A stretch of DNA of 57,208 nt, from NCBI RefSeq assembly GCF_001194135.2, contig NC_068981.1, positions 176,273,959-176,331,166 of the forward strand. The letters are read 5' to 3'. Numbering within the stretch: the first letter of the stretch is position 1; every line of letters begins with the position of its first letter. A program made the position numbers and the translations under genes. Shown here one piece after another: positions 24,298 to 37,199 of the stretch. The notes below the pieces were generated by a model, which ran no database searches, was not told where the DNA came from, and saw only the letters and a program-made list of their open reading frames with translations. This DNA comes from Octopus bimaculoides. Its lineage: Eukaryota.

Positions 24298-24659
24298 ACT
24301 GATTGGAAATGTGTGGCAGCAGAAGTGAAACAATCTCACATATTGTGAGTGTAGCATGCTGGCCCCAAAGCACTACAAAAGCAGGCACGATAATGAGGCT
24401 AAGTTCATCCACTGGAGGATATGTGAAAAGTATGGCCGGCCTGAACAGAGCACAGAAATGGTACAAACATGATCCAGAAGGAGTCACCAAGAACAAGGGG
24501 CATAAGTTACTGTGGGATTTTACAATCCAATGTGATTCCCTACTTGAGGGTCAGAGACCAGATATTGTTGTGGTAGATAAAGGAAAAAAGGAAACCAAGA
24601 TCATAGATACTGCAATACCTGGGGATGCACACATAAGTGACGAATGTTCTGAGAAGTAA
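24298..24659 (+). mobile_element. R4/Dong-type RLE retrotransposon fragment (zinc knuckle plus PD-D endonuclease)
   Basis: Frameshifted CGSRSETISHIVS..RHDNEAKFIHW..KWYKHDPEGVTKNKGHKLLWDFTIQCD..RPDIVVVDKGKKETKIIDTAIPGD. Confidence 0.88.
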
Positions 24660-24685
24660 AACAGTAATAATATTGATAATAATAA

Positions 24686-24812
24686 TATTCAGACATGACA
24701 GAGCTGGGACCTACATACAATGGAAGCTATGCCAACACTATGGAATAACAAGAGAAAAAAGATGGTATAGGCACACGCCAGAAAGGTCACAGAAAACGAG
24801 AAAGCAACCAGC
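24686..24812 (+). mobile_element. Second R4/Dong-type fragment
   Basis: RHDRAGTYIQWKLCQHYGITREKRWYRHTPE, the segment following the zinc knuckle. Confidence 0.75.
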
Positions 24813-25395
24813 TGTAGAAACCATGCCAAAACTGAAAGGGAGCCTGAACAGCTCTTCAGCTATTCAGCTCCAGTTAAACCATCCAAACTATACCAGCATG
24901 GGAAAAAGGACGATAAAAGATGATGATGACGATGACAACAACAACAATGATGACAACGACGATGACGACAATGACAATGATGATGTAGCTATAAATTCCT
25001 TCAAAAAAAGGAAAGATGGTCATGTTTGGTAAGTCTTCATCCAAAGTTTGCCAAAACAACAACCAAACAATGACAAAAAGATGATTTAGCTTCGGTGAGT
25101 CATTTCTTAGTGATAGTAAAGACCTAAAAATTCAGAAAAATATAAGTTCCAAGTAAATATCTGAAGCCTTTCCTATTCTGGATTCCATTTATTTTGTCTT
25201 TGATCATATTGCCTTCCTTGTGATGTATTTTTAAATTTTTATATTTAAAGCAATTGCACAGTACTTAACAAATATCTTCATTTTATAATAAATCTACCCA
25301 TCAGTCTTTCTGTCTATCTAAATGTCTATCTGTCTGTTTGTCTATCTATTCATTTCTATCTTCACTCATGCTCTCTCTCTCTCTCTCTCATGTAA

Positions 25396-25429
<34 letters not shown>

Positions 25430-26149
25430 NNNNNNNNNNNNNNNNNNNNNNNNNNNNNNNNNNNNNNNNNNNNNNNNNNNNNNNNNNNNNNNNNNNNNNN
25501 NNNNNNNNNNNNNNNNNNNNNNNNNNNNNNNNNNNNNNNNNNNNNNNNNNNNNNNNNNNNNNNNNNNNNNNNNNNNNNNNNNNNNNNNNNNNNNNNNNNN
25601 NNNNNNNNNNNNNNNNNNNNNNNNNNNNNNNNNNNNNNNNNNNNNNNNNNNNNNNNNNNNNNNNNNNNNNNNNNNNNNNNNNNNNNNNNNNNNNNNNNNN
25701 NNNNNNNNNNNNNNNNNNNNNNNNNNNNNNNNNNNNNNNNNNNNNNNNNNNNNNNNNNNNNNNNNNNNNNNNNNNNNNNNNNNNNNNNNNNNNNNNNNNN
25801 NNNNNNNNNNTTCGAACTCACAAGAGTAAACAAGAGAGACAGAGACAAGCAGAAAGAAGTAAAATGCCCCTTGTATTTGAATACTATGCAAATATTCTTT
25901 TAATTTTTCCAGAATTCAGTTGTTTTCCATATTTACAGCTGAAAAAGCCTCAATGACCAAAACCGGTACTGAAATGTTTTTTATAAAATTATTTTAGCAT
26001 TTTCTACCTTGAATTTTTTTTCATATATATGTGTGTGTGTGTGTGTGTGTGTACATATAGTTTTTTATTCTTTATTCTTTTAATGGTTCCAGTGATGGGA
26101 CAGCAGCCATGCTGGAGCACTGCCTTAGTTTGTTTTTTTTCAGTTTTAT

Positions 26150-26300
26150 TGCTTGTTATTTTTATGACTGGAAGTTGGTCTATGACTAAGTTTGTAGCAG
26201 ATGATATTCTCTGAGTGTATTCTTGAATGGCTGGCTGCTCTGGTAAAGTTGTTAAGAGTTTATCCAATGGTTTTTTGGAATGTTTCAGTAGAACTCCCTT
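26150..26300 (-). mobile_element. Probable CR1/L2-group LINE ORF C-terminus
   Basis: LDKLLTTLPEQPAIQEYTQRISSATNLVIDQL resembles the LDKxLxxxPDEPxxxGYxxxxxxxSNSxxxQ ending I recall from invertebrate CR1/L2-group LINEs. Confidence 0.5.
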
Positions 26301-26368
26301 TTATATTTCTCATTTTTCTAGGCAGGTAGATGAACAATTGAGGGCCCCTAAATATCAGATTGTTACAA

Positions 26369-26918
26369 CAGGAGTGGCTGTGTGGTAAGTAGCTTGCTTA
26401 CCAACCACATGGTTCCGGGTTCATTCCCACTGCATGGCACCTTGGACAAGTGTCTTCTACTATAGCCTCGGGCCAACCAAAGCCTTGTGAGTGAATTTGG
26501 TAGATGGAAACTGAAAGAAGCCCGTCGTATATATGTATATATATGTATGTATATGTGTGTGGATATGTTTGTGTGTCTGTGTTTGTCCCCCCCCCCCCNN
26601 NNNNNNNNNNNNNNNNNNNNNNNNNNNNNNNNNNNNNNNNNNNNNNNNNNNNNNNNNNNNNNNNNNNNNNNNNNNNNNNNNNNNNNNNNNNNNNNNNNNN
26701 NNNNNNNNNNNNNNNNNNNNNNNNNNNNNNNNNNNNNNNNCCCCCCCCAGCATCGCTTGACAACCGATGCTGGTGTGTTTATGTCCCCGTAACTTAGCGG
26801 TTTGGCAAAAGAGACCGATAGAATAAGTACTAGGCTTACAAAGAATAAGTCCTGGGGTCGATTTGCTCGACTAAAAGGCGGTGCTCCAGCATGGCCGCAG
26901 TCAAATGAGTAAAAGAGT
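26369..26918 (+). mobile_element. SINE family A, full length with internal gap
   Basis: caggagtggctgtgtggtaagtagcttg..ggttcattccc.. through ..catggccgcagtcaaatgagtaaaagag. Confidence 0.92.
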
Positions 26919-26949
26919 AACAGTGCTTTTTGCCCATGATTTAAAAGGT

Positions 26950-27620
26950 GGTATATTTGAAAGCCAACAGTATATACCAGTTCATGCCTTAAAACTCTCT
27001 GTAATGTTGAAGTTTAGCACATGCTTCTCCAAGATTCTCCATACATATATGATAGTACATCTCTCTCTTCTCAGCATTCAAGAGAGTAAAGACAGAGCTT
27101 GCAGATATTTTCATCATGTCTGACGGGGAGATAATATCTGGAAGACATTCCCTTACAGTTTGCAATAACATGGCTGATGTCTTCAGTCTTGGCCTTGTAC
27201 AAACTACATTTGTTGTCTTCCAAAGGTTTCTGCCTTTTATGCTGTGGATACTTGGTGGAGATCCCTTGTTTTTCAATTGCATTTGTAAGTGGGATATCAA
27301 ACTTTTTGGTACTCCATGGAAAGCTTTTGACATGATCAATTCCTTCTATGGCTTGTGTTTTTCATGTTAAGTAACCATTTACTATCTTCTCAATGAACTG
27401 GTCGTTCTTTTTTGTATTGTTCTTCTGATGAATAGATTTAACCAATGTTCCTTGGGGAGAGATCTGTACCAGCTCTTATTTCATGCATTTCCTCAAGCTC
27501 ATTAGTTTTCCTAATTATGTTGTTGGTTCCATGGTCACAAACTCGGGTAAGATAATTATTGATCTCTTTTCTCGGATGCAGATGTTGTTTCAACATTATA
27601 ATCCATGCCTCATATGACAT
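26950..27620 (-). mobile_element. Decayed RLE-type (R4-like) non-LTR retrotransposon fragment
   Basis: Minus translation across frames: NAIEKQGISTKYPQHKRQK..KCSLYKAKTEDISHVIANCKGMSSRYYLPVRHD, a CCHC zinc knuckle with one Cys changed to Tyr, followed by RHD. Confidence 0.7.
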
Positions 27621-27627
27621 CAATACA

Positions 27628-27658
<31 letters not shown>

Positions 27659-27817
27659 AGTGCGAGAGAGAGAGAGACAGACAGACAGATACTCGGGCAT
27701 GGACATATGATTAAGAAGCTTGTTATTGAACCATGTGATTAGGTTTGTTCTTACTGTGTAGACATTGTGTCTTGTCTTCTGCTACATAACTACAAGTTGA
27801 CCTTGTAAATGAAAAGA

Positions 27818-27848
<31 letters not shown>

Positions 27849-27868
27849 CATGTATGTATGTATATATA

Positions 27869-27925
<57 letters not shown>

Positions 27926-28279
27926 AATAAGCAACAAGGATATCAAGAGGTAATGCAGTACAATCGTTTCATGCGACTCCATATAATTGAACAATGTAAA
28001 CATTACATCAAATATAAAATGTAGAGCAATCTTCAGCTGCACAAAGATATAGAAATTCAGAAATTTAATGAAGTTAAATTTGAACAGAAGGACATATTTT
28101 TCTAATTAAATCTAAACTCTCCAAGTAGAAAGGAGGAATACAAAAAACCATTTTTGACTTAGCCAGACCATCAGGCCATATATACAGATGGGTAGTGGAG
28201 GGGAGAAGGGGAGGAAAGGTGGGGAGAAGGGGAAAGGAGGGGATATAGGCGGTGGCGAGGAGGTGGAGGAAGGAGGAAA

Positions 28280-28380
28280 GGTGAAAGAGGAGGAAGATAG
28301 ATAGACAGACAGACTGACAGACAGACAGATAGCTAGATAGACATAGATAGATAGCTAGACAGATAGATAGATAGATAGAA

Positions 28381-28423
<43 letters not shown>

Positions 28424-28550
28424 GGGATAGATAGATATATAAACAGACAGACAGTAGATAGAGATTGACAAGTAGGTGGATAGACAGACAATCAGCCAGC
28501 CAGACAGACAGAAAGACAGACAAACAGACAGATAGATAAGATAGCCAGGT
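28280..28550. repeat. (GATA)n/(GACA)n microsatellite
   Basis: Direct. Confidence 0.95.
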
Positions 28551-28762
28551 ATATATGGACACAGCTATGCATGTATATGGCAGTACCCTACTAAGAAATG
28601 CATGAGAAGGAGTGTTGAGTCTGCTGCACCTCACAGACAAGAAGATACCAAATCACAAAGGATACGGAATATATACTGCCAGTCTGCAGACCCAGCCAAC
28701 ACAAATAAACCTGGCACATGATGATGATGATGATGATAATGATGATATATATATATATATAT

Positions 28763-28925
28763 GACAGGTTTCTTTCAGTTTCCGTCTACTAAATCCACTC
28801 ACAAGGCTTTGGTTGGCCCAAGGTTTATAGAACAAGACATTTTCCCAAGGTGCCATGCAGTGGGAGTGAATGCAGAACCATGTGGTTGGGAAGCCAGTTT
28901 CTTACCACACAGCCACTCCTGCGCC
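28763..28925 (-). mobile_element. SINE family A, 5' half
   Basis: ctttcagtttccgtctactaaatccactcacaagg..accacacagccactcctgcgcc. Confidence 0.88.
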
Positions 28926-28959
28926 TATATTATATACTTACATATACACACATACACAC

Positions 28960-29119
28960 TCACATTCATACATGAACTTGTTCATACAAACACACATGCA
29001 CACACTTAATCTCTACATACATATATGCATGACGTGCACATACATACATACTTACATACAATCCTATGTGGGTTTGTTCACACATAAACACATACTTATA
29101 CATGTATGCATACAGAAGC

Positions 29120-29150
<31 letters not shown>

Positions 29151-29560
29151 CACATACATACATATACACGTACATACATATACACATACATATATACATA
29201 CATATACACATACATACACACGTACATACATACACACATACATACATACATACATACATATACATGTACATAGATACATACATACATATATCTACACATA
29301 GATACATACACACGTACATACATACATGTACATGCACATACATACATATATACATACATACGTATACACGTACATACATACATACATACACACGTACATA
29401 CATACATACATATATCTACACATAGATACATACACATATACATACATACATATACATGCACATACATACATATACTCATACATACATACATACACACATA
29501 CATACATACATACATATATACATACATACACACATACATATACATGCATGCATATACGCC
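28960..29560. repeat. (TACA)n compound microsatellite
   Basis: Direct. Confidence 0.95.
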
Positions 29561-30154
29561 AACTATGTATGGTTTGGTTATCTTATTTAAACTTTCTACA
29601 TTATTATTCTCCCAAATATAAACAGCTAATTGTGTTTATTGCCTTTGGTCAAAACGAAGAACTGAACAGAGAAAAATTCAAATTACAAATGGTACTGTAT
29701 TAGATTAGCATCATTACCAAGATATTTGAATTGCAATAGAAATTTCCAATCCAAATATCTTCCTTAATTTTCTAATTTAAAGTTTAGGAGGCAGCAAAGA
29801 CTGAGGCCCATGGAGTTCTCTTTCCATTGGTCAATAGTATTTTTGCTTTAGAATTGCTTGTGTTGATTGCTTTAACGTTATGTTGACTTGTATTAATCTC
29901 ATGAAAGAAGAGACCAAACAAAAAAATTTCTAAATTATGACAGAGCTTAGCATGTGCTTGTAAAAGGGACAACGAAATGATATTGTGGACCGATATGTGT
30001 TTTAGTTGTTGTTGTTGTCGTCTTTGTTGTTAAGTGTAAACAGACTTGTATTATTTCAATGTTATTATTACTAACGGTTTTAGAAAACAAGAAACAAACA
30101 GAAAAAAAAACGAAATCACTGAAAAATTGTGTAGTTCAATATTTTTCTTCAATA

Positions 30155-30316
30155 GGCACAAGAGTGGCTGTGTGGTAAGTAGCTTGCTTACCAACCACAT
30201 GGTTCCAGGTTCAGTCCCACTGTGTGGCATCTTGGGCAAGTGTCTTCTACTATAGCCTTGGGCCGGCCAAAGCCTTGTGAGTGGATTTGGTAGATGGAAA
30301 CTGAAAGAAGCCCGTC

Positions 30317-30358
<42 letters not shown>

Positions 30359-30419
30359 NNNNNNNNNNGCCAAAGCCTTGTGAGTGGATTTGGTAGATGG
30401 AAACTGAAAGAAGCCCGTC

Positions 30420-30465
<46 letters not shown>

Positions 30466-30685
30466 GTGTGTGTGTATGCTTGTGTGTGTGTTTGTCCCCC
30501 TAGCATTGCTTGACAACCGATGCTGGTGTGTTTACGTCCCCGTCACTTAGTGGTTTGGCAAAAGAGACCGATAGAATAAGTACTAGGTTTACAAAGAATA
30601 AGTCCCGGGGTTGATTTGCTCAACTAAAGGTGGTGCTCTAGCATGGCCATAGTCAAATGACTGAAACAAGTAAGAGTAAAGAGAG
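30155..30685 (+). mobile_element. SINE family A, full length (internal segment repeated across a small gap)
   Basis: Head to tail present; ccaaagccttgtgag.. occurs on both sides of the 10-N gap at 30359-30368. Confidence 0.92.
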
Positions 30686-30740
30686 AATGAAGAGAGTGAA
30701 CGTTGTTGTACACAAACATGCACATATGAACACAGGCATC

Positions 30741-30771
<31 letters not shown>

Positions 30772-30859
30772 GTATATCATCATCATCACTATCATCAGCA
30801 CCATCACCATCATCAACACCATCATCATCAACATCATCGTTATCAATATCGTCATCATT

Positions 30860-31440
30860 TTAATGCTTGTTTCCCACGCTAGTATGAGTCGGATGGCTTG
30901 ACAGGAACTCACATCCCACAAGACTGCACCAGGCTTTGCTGTCTGTTTTGGCATGGGTTTTATGGCTAGATGCCCTTCCTAATGCCAACCACTTCATAGA
31001 GTGGGCTAATGTATGTTTGTATCATCATCATCATCAACATCACCATCATCATCGTTTAACATCCGTATTCAAATGCTAGCATGGGTTGGACGGTTCGACT
31101 GGGGTCTGGGAAGCCAGGAGGCTGCACCAGGCTCCAGTCTGATCTGGCAGTGTTTCTACAGTTGGATGCCCTTCCTAACGCCAACCACTTTGTGAGTGTA
31201 GTGAGTGCTTTTTATGTGCCACCGGCACAGGGGCCAGAGGAAGGTGGCAGCGGCCATGATCGCTTGGTGCTTTTCACGTGCTACCAGCACGGAAGCCAGT
31301 CAAGGCGGCGCTGGCATCAGCTCCATTCGGATGGTGCTTTTTATGTGCCACCAGCACGGGTAACACAACTGCAATTTCCATTTGATTTTTATTTTGATGT
31401 TGATGTACTTGACTCAAGGTCTCCTCAAGCACAGCAGGTT
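30860..31440 (-). mobile_element. Two RTE-tailed (family B-like) pieces in tandem
   Basis: Tails at ~30860-31010 and 31050-31220, with gtgccaccagcac sub-repeats beyond. Confidence 0.75.
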
Positions 31441-31489
31441 GCCCTAGAGAGCAACAGATAGATGGAAACTGAGTTAGTGATATTTACAC

Positions 31490-31825
31490 ACATACATACG
31501 TACATGCATACATACATACGTACATACATACATACATACGTACGTACATACGTACGTACATACATACATACATACATACGTACATACATATATACATACG
31601 TACATACATACGTACATACGTACATACATACGTACATACATACACACATACATACGTGCATAGATACATACATGGATGTATGTATACATACGTATGAATG
31701 TACATAGATACATATGTACATATGTACATACACACATGCATGCATACATAGATACATATATACATACATACATATATACATACATACATGCATACATATA
31801 TACATGCATATGTATATACATATGT
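31490..31825. repeat. (TACA/TACG)n microsatellite
   Basis: Direct. Confidence 0.95.
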
Positions 31826-31912
31826 ATCTAGATGACCATCCAAATGAATGATACAAGTGCTCTTCTCCATCTGTGAAACTGTAAGAACTGTGATTCTGAA
31901 TAAAATTGTTTC

Positions 31913-31957
<45 letters not shown>

Positions 31958-32202
31958 ACACACACACACACACATACAGACACATGGCGCACAAAAATAC
32001 TGACTAAAATATAAAGAGAATATGTAATGTCTAAACTCAACGGCTGTTTCTGGAAGCTCGGATTTATGTAATAATCATAGTAATCATAACTTGCAGGCGA
32101 AATGTGTAAAGAATCATTGGCATGTAACTGGTGACCAGTCATGTTTCATGAAAATATATATTTATATATCAACCCTGTGTTTATCAGCATTACTACAACT
32201 CT

Positions 32203-32262
<60 letters not shown>

Positions 32263-33034
32263 ATCTCTCACTCTCTCTCTGTCTCTCTATATATATAGAC
32301 ACAGACACGCACACATGCACACACAAACACACACACACACACACACATACATATTTATATAAACATGAAATCGAAAGGACTGTTCATAGAGATAACTAAT
32401 ATAATTGGTTAAAAATATTTTTCTCCTTTCATTTCCTACATATCAACAAAAATATAGAGTTCTTCTGATCTTGTTAATAGAAATAATTCAATAATAATAA
32501 TTACACAGCATGTGGCTTAAGAATGCACATTAAAATGGGACCGAAATACAGATAAGGAGAATTTTAGATGTTTATTTACAAGAATCAAGACAAAGTTTAT
32601 ATAAAATATTTCTGTGAAAATGTACATCAATAAGTCAATAAGATAATTTTTGTTATAGAAATGTGTGTTATGGAAAATGAACATAACTAGTTTCATGTTT
32701 TTGTGTTAACAGAAAAATTTGTGCTGCAGAGTCAAATATGAATGATTAGTTAATGGACAGCAATAAAGAGAGAAAAAAGGAAACCTAGATAAGGTACATG
32801 TTTTTAAACTGTTAGCAGTCATTCTGTTGAGGCTAAACCAAAACAAGAAAAATATATATATATAGAGGTGGTGGGAGAATAAGCTGGCCTAACCATAATT
32901 GCTGGCTTAAAGAAAAAGAAACATGTCTGGTGTGAATTAAATATGGGGAAAAAGGTAAAATAGTTTTTAATCATTTAATAGTCAAAAATATAGTTCAACA
33001 GATTGCATCAGGTAGCAATTATCTTTATAAAGGT

Positions 33035-33512
33035 GCAAGAATGGCTGGGTAGTAGGACTTTTACTTCACAACTGCATGGTTCCCAGTTCAGTCCCACTGC
33101 ATGGCACCTTGGCCAAGTGTCTCCAACTATAGCCTCAGGCCTACTAAAGTTTTATGAATGGATTTGGTAAATGGAAACTGAAAGAAGCCTGTCGTGTGTG
33201 TGTATCTGTGTGTGTATGTATGTGTGTGTGTATGTGTGTGTATATGTATGTGTATGTGTGTGTATATGTGTGCATATGACTCTGTGTGTGTGTGTGTTAC
33301 TGTCTGTGTTTGTCCTCCACCGCTGCTTGACAACCAGTGTGGGTGTGTTCAAGTACCTGAAACTTAGCAGTTCAGCAAAAGTGATCAATAGAATAAGTAC
33401 AAAGCTTGAAAAATAAAAAAAATTCTGGGGTCAGTTCATCGAACTAAAAATTCTTCGAGGCAGTGCCCCAGCATGGCCGTAGTCTAATGACTGAAAGAAG
33501 CAAAAGATAAAA
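33035..33512 (+). mobile_element. SINE family A, diverged full-length copy
   Basis: Head, central microsatellite and 3' part recognisable. Confidence 0.85.
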
Positions 33513-33529
33513 GAAATGCCAATGACAAT

Positions 33530-33690
33530 TCAAAACCAAAGAGACCCTCAGGGAACAGGGATACCAAGGCAGAGCTGAAAATTCAGGGGTCCAACTGGAG
33601 AGAAGCAGAAAAGACAACCCAAAGTTGAGAACAGTTGAGAAAAATCATTCATGGCCTGTACTCCATTACGAATAAAGAGCTTAAGTAAGC
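33530..33690 (+). mobile_element. RTE-clade LINE extreme 3' end (second family)
   Basis: RDTKAELKIQGSNWREAEKTTQS*EQLRKIIHGLYSITNKELK* followed by taagtaag; resembles RTE C-termini of the W..AE..AQ.R..WR..V.GL type. Confidence 0.55.
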
Positions 33691-33744
33691 GAAAAAAAGG
33701 GATGAACTATAAGGTTGACTCTAGTGGAATTTAAACACAAAGAC

Positions 33745-34580
33745 ACAAGAGTCATGACCGATGCTAGAGTTGTGTGACTGGCATCTGTAAAAAGCCCCCT
33801 TCAGACGTTGAGCCTCATGGAGGCAATGATAAGTAACCATGACCTTTGGTGATATACCATGCTTGAGAAGACCTGTTGAGCCAAGTGAGATCACAGTCAT
33901 GGCCGATGTCAGTGTTGTGTGACTGGCATCTGTGGTGGTGGCATGTAAAAAGCCCCCCTCAGATGTTGGACCTCACAGAGACAATGACAAATAGCCAATA
34001 CCTTTTGTGAGATATTGTGCTTGAGAAGACCAAGTGAGATTGCAGTCGTGGCCGATGTCAATGTTATGTAACTGGTACCCATGCTGGTGGCATGTAAAAA
34101 GCACCCACTACACTTCTGGACTGTGGAGGCACATGGCCTAATGATTAGAGCAGTGGACTTGTGGTCGAGGGATTGTGGGTTCGAATCTCAGATCAGGCGA
34201 TGTGTGCGTTTTTGAGCGAAACACCTAAGCTCCACGTGGCTCCAGCAGAAGGTAATGGCGAACTTCTGCTGACTCTTTCGCCACACCTTTCTCTCACTCT
34301 TTCCTCCTGCATCTAGCAACTCACCTGCAATGGACTGGCATCTTGTCCAGGTGGGGGACCTATATGCCAATGAAACTGTGAAACTGGCCCTTATGAAGGA
34401 AATAACAACACAACAAAGAACAACAGACTCTTGGACTGGTTGTCAATAGAAAGGGCATCCAACTGTAGAAACCATGCCAAATCAGACTGGAACTTGGTGA
34501 AGCTCCCCAGCTTACCAGTTTTCGGTCAAACTGTCCAACCCATGCCAGCATGGAAAACAGACATTAAATGATGATGATAA
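33745..34580 (+). mobile_element. RTE 3' UTR with ~155-bp internal tandem sub-repeats, interrupted by a family D SINE
   Basis: gtgtgactggcatctgt..aaaaagccccc..gacctca..tgcttgagaagacc..gtgagat..ggccgatgtca is repeated; the tail ccaacccatgccagcatgg..taaatgatgat resumes at ~34430. Confidence 0.75.
34121..34430 (+). mobile_element. SINE family D-like nested insertion
   Basis: gtggaggcacatggcctaatg..ggttcgaatc..gagcgaaacacctaagctcc..gcaatggactggc. Confidence 0.8.
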
Positions 34581-34631
34581 ACTAGAGGGTGAGAAGACAT
34601 ACTGCAAAGTACTTTGTGCTACACTCTAAAC

Positions 34632-34949
34632 CAGAGGTTCCCAACCAGGGTCTACATGAACCCTCAGGGGTCCACAGAAGCTTTAAGGAGGTCCATGAGT
34701 AAAAAATTGTAATTTGTGGGTCCATATATAAATTTAGTTTCCTAGGAGACATATCTGTATTTATTGAAATTTTCAAGATTTGTATTTAGAATTTATGTTA
34801 TGAATATAACAAAATTGCTTCGTTGTTAGTTTTTACTAACCTACAAACAAATATTTTATTTCAAAAATTTACACGTGCATATATGGGGTCCACAGATGAT
34901 AATATAGCCCTCAGGTGGTCCACAAGCAAAATAAGGTTGAAAACCCCTG
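34632..34949. mobile_element. hAT (Charlie-like) MITE
   Basis: TIRs CAGAGGTTCCCAACC / GGTTGAAAACCCCTG; 8-bp flanks ctctaaac / ctctgagc (6 of 8 match). Confidence 0.8.
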
Positions 34950-35919
34950 CTCTGAGCATTCTGTCAGTTCACCACCTAGATCAGCCAGGATTGGAAAATA
35001 GAAAAATTTATTTTGCTTTGTGAACTAGAAAGCTATGTTTCGTTGATACTTGTGCTGTCCACTAGACAGACAGAAGTGTGATTCTTATGTGTAACTTCCA
35101 CATGAAGCTGACTTTAAATTTGCTGACAGGACTTGTTAATTACTCGTTGGCTTCTGATTTGAAGAAGTTTGGTTTATGTAAGCATCATCATCGTTATCAT
35201 AGTAATGTCACTGTCGTTTGTCATTCTACATAGCCACTTACTCCTTTTCACAAGCACCACTACAACCACCACCATCATCATCGTCATCATCATTGTCATC
35301 ATCAACATTTCCGTGATCATCATGTCCTTTATCATTGCCAGACCCTTCTTCCTCTTCTTCCTTCTCCTCATCATTATTACTGATGTTGTCATTGTCAAAC
35401 ATCATCATCATCATCGTCATCATATTCATTTGTAACATCAGCGTCATAGTTACATAATGACCGATGCCACCATCAGCCCTCATCACCATCATCATCACAA
35501 TAACAGCACCATTCTCTTCCTCCTCCTTCTCCTCATCCTCATTATCATCATTGTCATCATACTCCCCCTCACCATAATCATCATCATCATCATCATAATT
35601 CACTCAAAACTGATGTCATCATCCACCCACCTTTTCTATCTCCACCTCCTCCTTCTCCCTCAATTCCCCTTCTTCTTTTTCCTCCTTTCTCCTCCTCCTC
35701 CTCCTCAACTTCATCACATTTTTTTTTCTCTTCATGCTTGAATACAAATGTCATTCCTGTTGTTAAAAAATATAATTCTATAAACTTAAGTGTCTGTCTG
35801 TATGTCCGACGAACAAATTTCAAATTTCAGATGACGGTGGAAAAAACACACGAATACCCCAAGATCAATTAATTTCATTATGATGAAATTTTATTGACTG
35901 CTTATATAGCATTGCAACT

Positions 35920-35922
35920 AAA

Positions 35923-36016
<94 letters not shown>

Positions 36017-36017
36017 G

Positions 36018-36058
<41 letters not shown>

Positions 36059-36116
36059 GATAATAATAAAAATGATAAAGATAATAATAATAATACTAAT
36101 AATAAAAATAATAAAG

Positions 36117-36150
<34 letters not shown>

Positions 36151-36175
36151 CAATAATAATAATAATAATAATCAT
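35920..36175. repeat. (TAC)n to (TAA)n tract with TAAAGA interruptions
   Basis: Direct. Confidence 0.97.
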
Positions 36176-36381
36176 TTCCCTTCTATCTGCAGTAAGGTAA
36201 TATTTTGCCTTGTCCAGACATGTTTGTGCAGAATGTTGGGAATAAATGACACTGCTTATATGACAGTGACACTCATTTACAATTATCACACAGTTCCAAG
36301 ACAAAATGGCACAAACATACACTCACACATACATATGTATCTCTCTTTCTCTCTTTCTCTCTTTCTCTCTCTCTCCCTATT

Positions 36382-36418
<37 letters not shown>

Positions 36419-36419
36419 T

Positions 36420-36823
36420 CTTTCTTCTATTCTTTTACTTGTTTCAGTCATTTGAATGTGGCCATGCTGGAGCACCGCCTTTAGTTGAGCAAATCGACCC
36501 CAGGACTTATTCTTTGTAAGCCTGGTACTTATTCTATCAGCCTATATTGCCAAACCGCCAAGTTACGGGGACGTAAACACACCAGCATCGGTTGTCAAGC
36601 GATGTTGGAGGGACAAGCACAGACACACAAACATATACACACACATACATATATATATATATACGATGGGCTTCTTTCAGTTTCTGTTTACCAAATCCAC
36701 TTACTAGGCTTTGCTCGGCCCGAGGCTATAGTAGATGACACTTGCCCAAGGTGCCATGCAGTGGGACTGAACCCGGAACCATGTGGTTGGTAAGCAAGCT
36801 ACTTACCATACAGCCACTCCTGT
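36420..36823 (-). mobile_element. SINE family A, full length
   Basis: All parts present. Confidence 0.92.
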
Positions 36824-36851
36824 ATANNNNNNNNNNNNNNNNNNNNNNNNN

Positions 36852-36883
<32 letters not shown>

Positions 36884-37199
36884 TACAATGAGCTTCTTTC
36901 ATTTTCTGTTTACAAGATCCACTCAGAAGAGGTTTTGTCAGCATGCAGCTATAAAAGAAGGGATTATGGGGACAGAAAAACTAAACAGTGTCATTGGGAA
37001 ACAAACTTCTAAACCACACAGATACACTTGTGCCTCAAATTTTGGTAGGAACAAACTATCTAAAATATTGGCAACAGTACTTTGGACTAGCTATTTCTTA
37101 CTTTACTGACCAGAGAAATATGTAAAGTAACGCTGACCTCAACTGGGTCTGAACTCAGAATATAATAGCTTAAAACTAAATTAAAAAATGATAAACGTC

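Noticed and set aside
25920-25975. 27-nt micro-exon candidate (ttacag|CTGAAAAAG..ACCG|gtactg)
   Set aside because: Weak donor, no supporting neighbouring exons, and opposite strand to the stronger splice motif; expected by chance.
27421-27450. CTGATGA at ~27425
   Set aside because: Lies within decayed LINE coding sequence and lacks the rest of the ribozyme.
30268-30440. Duplicated SINE interior
   Set aside because: Identical sequence on both sides of a 10-N gap beside (TA)n; typical assembly artefact.
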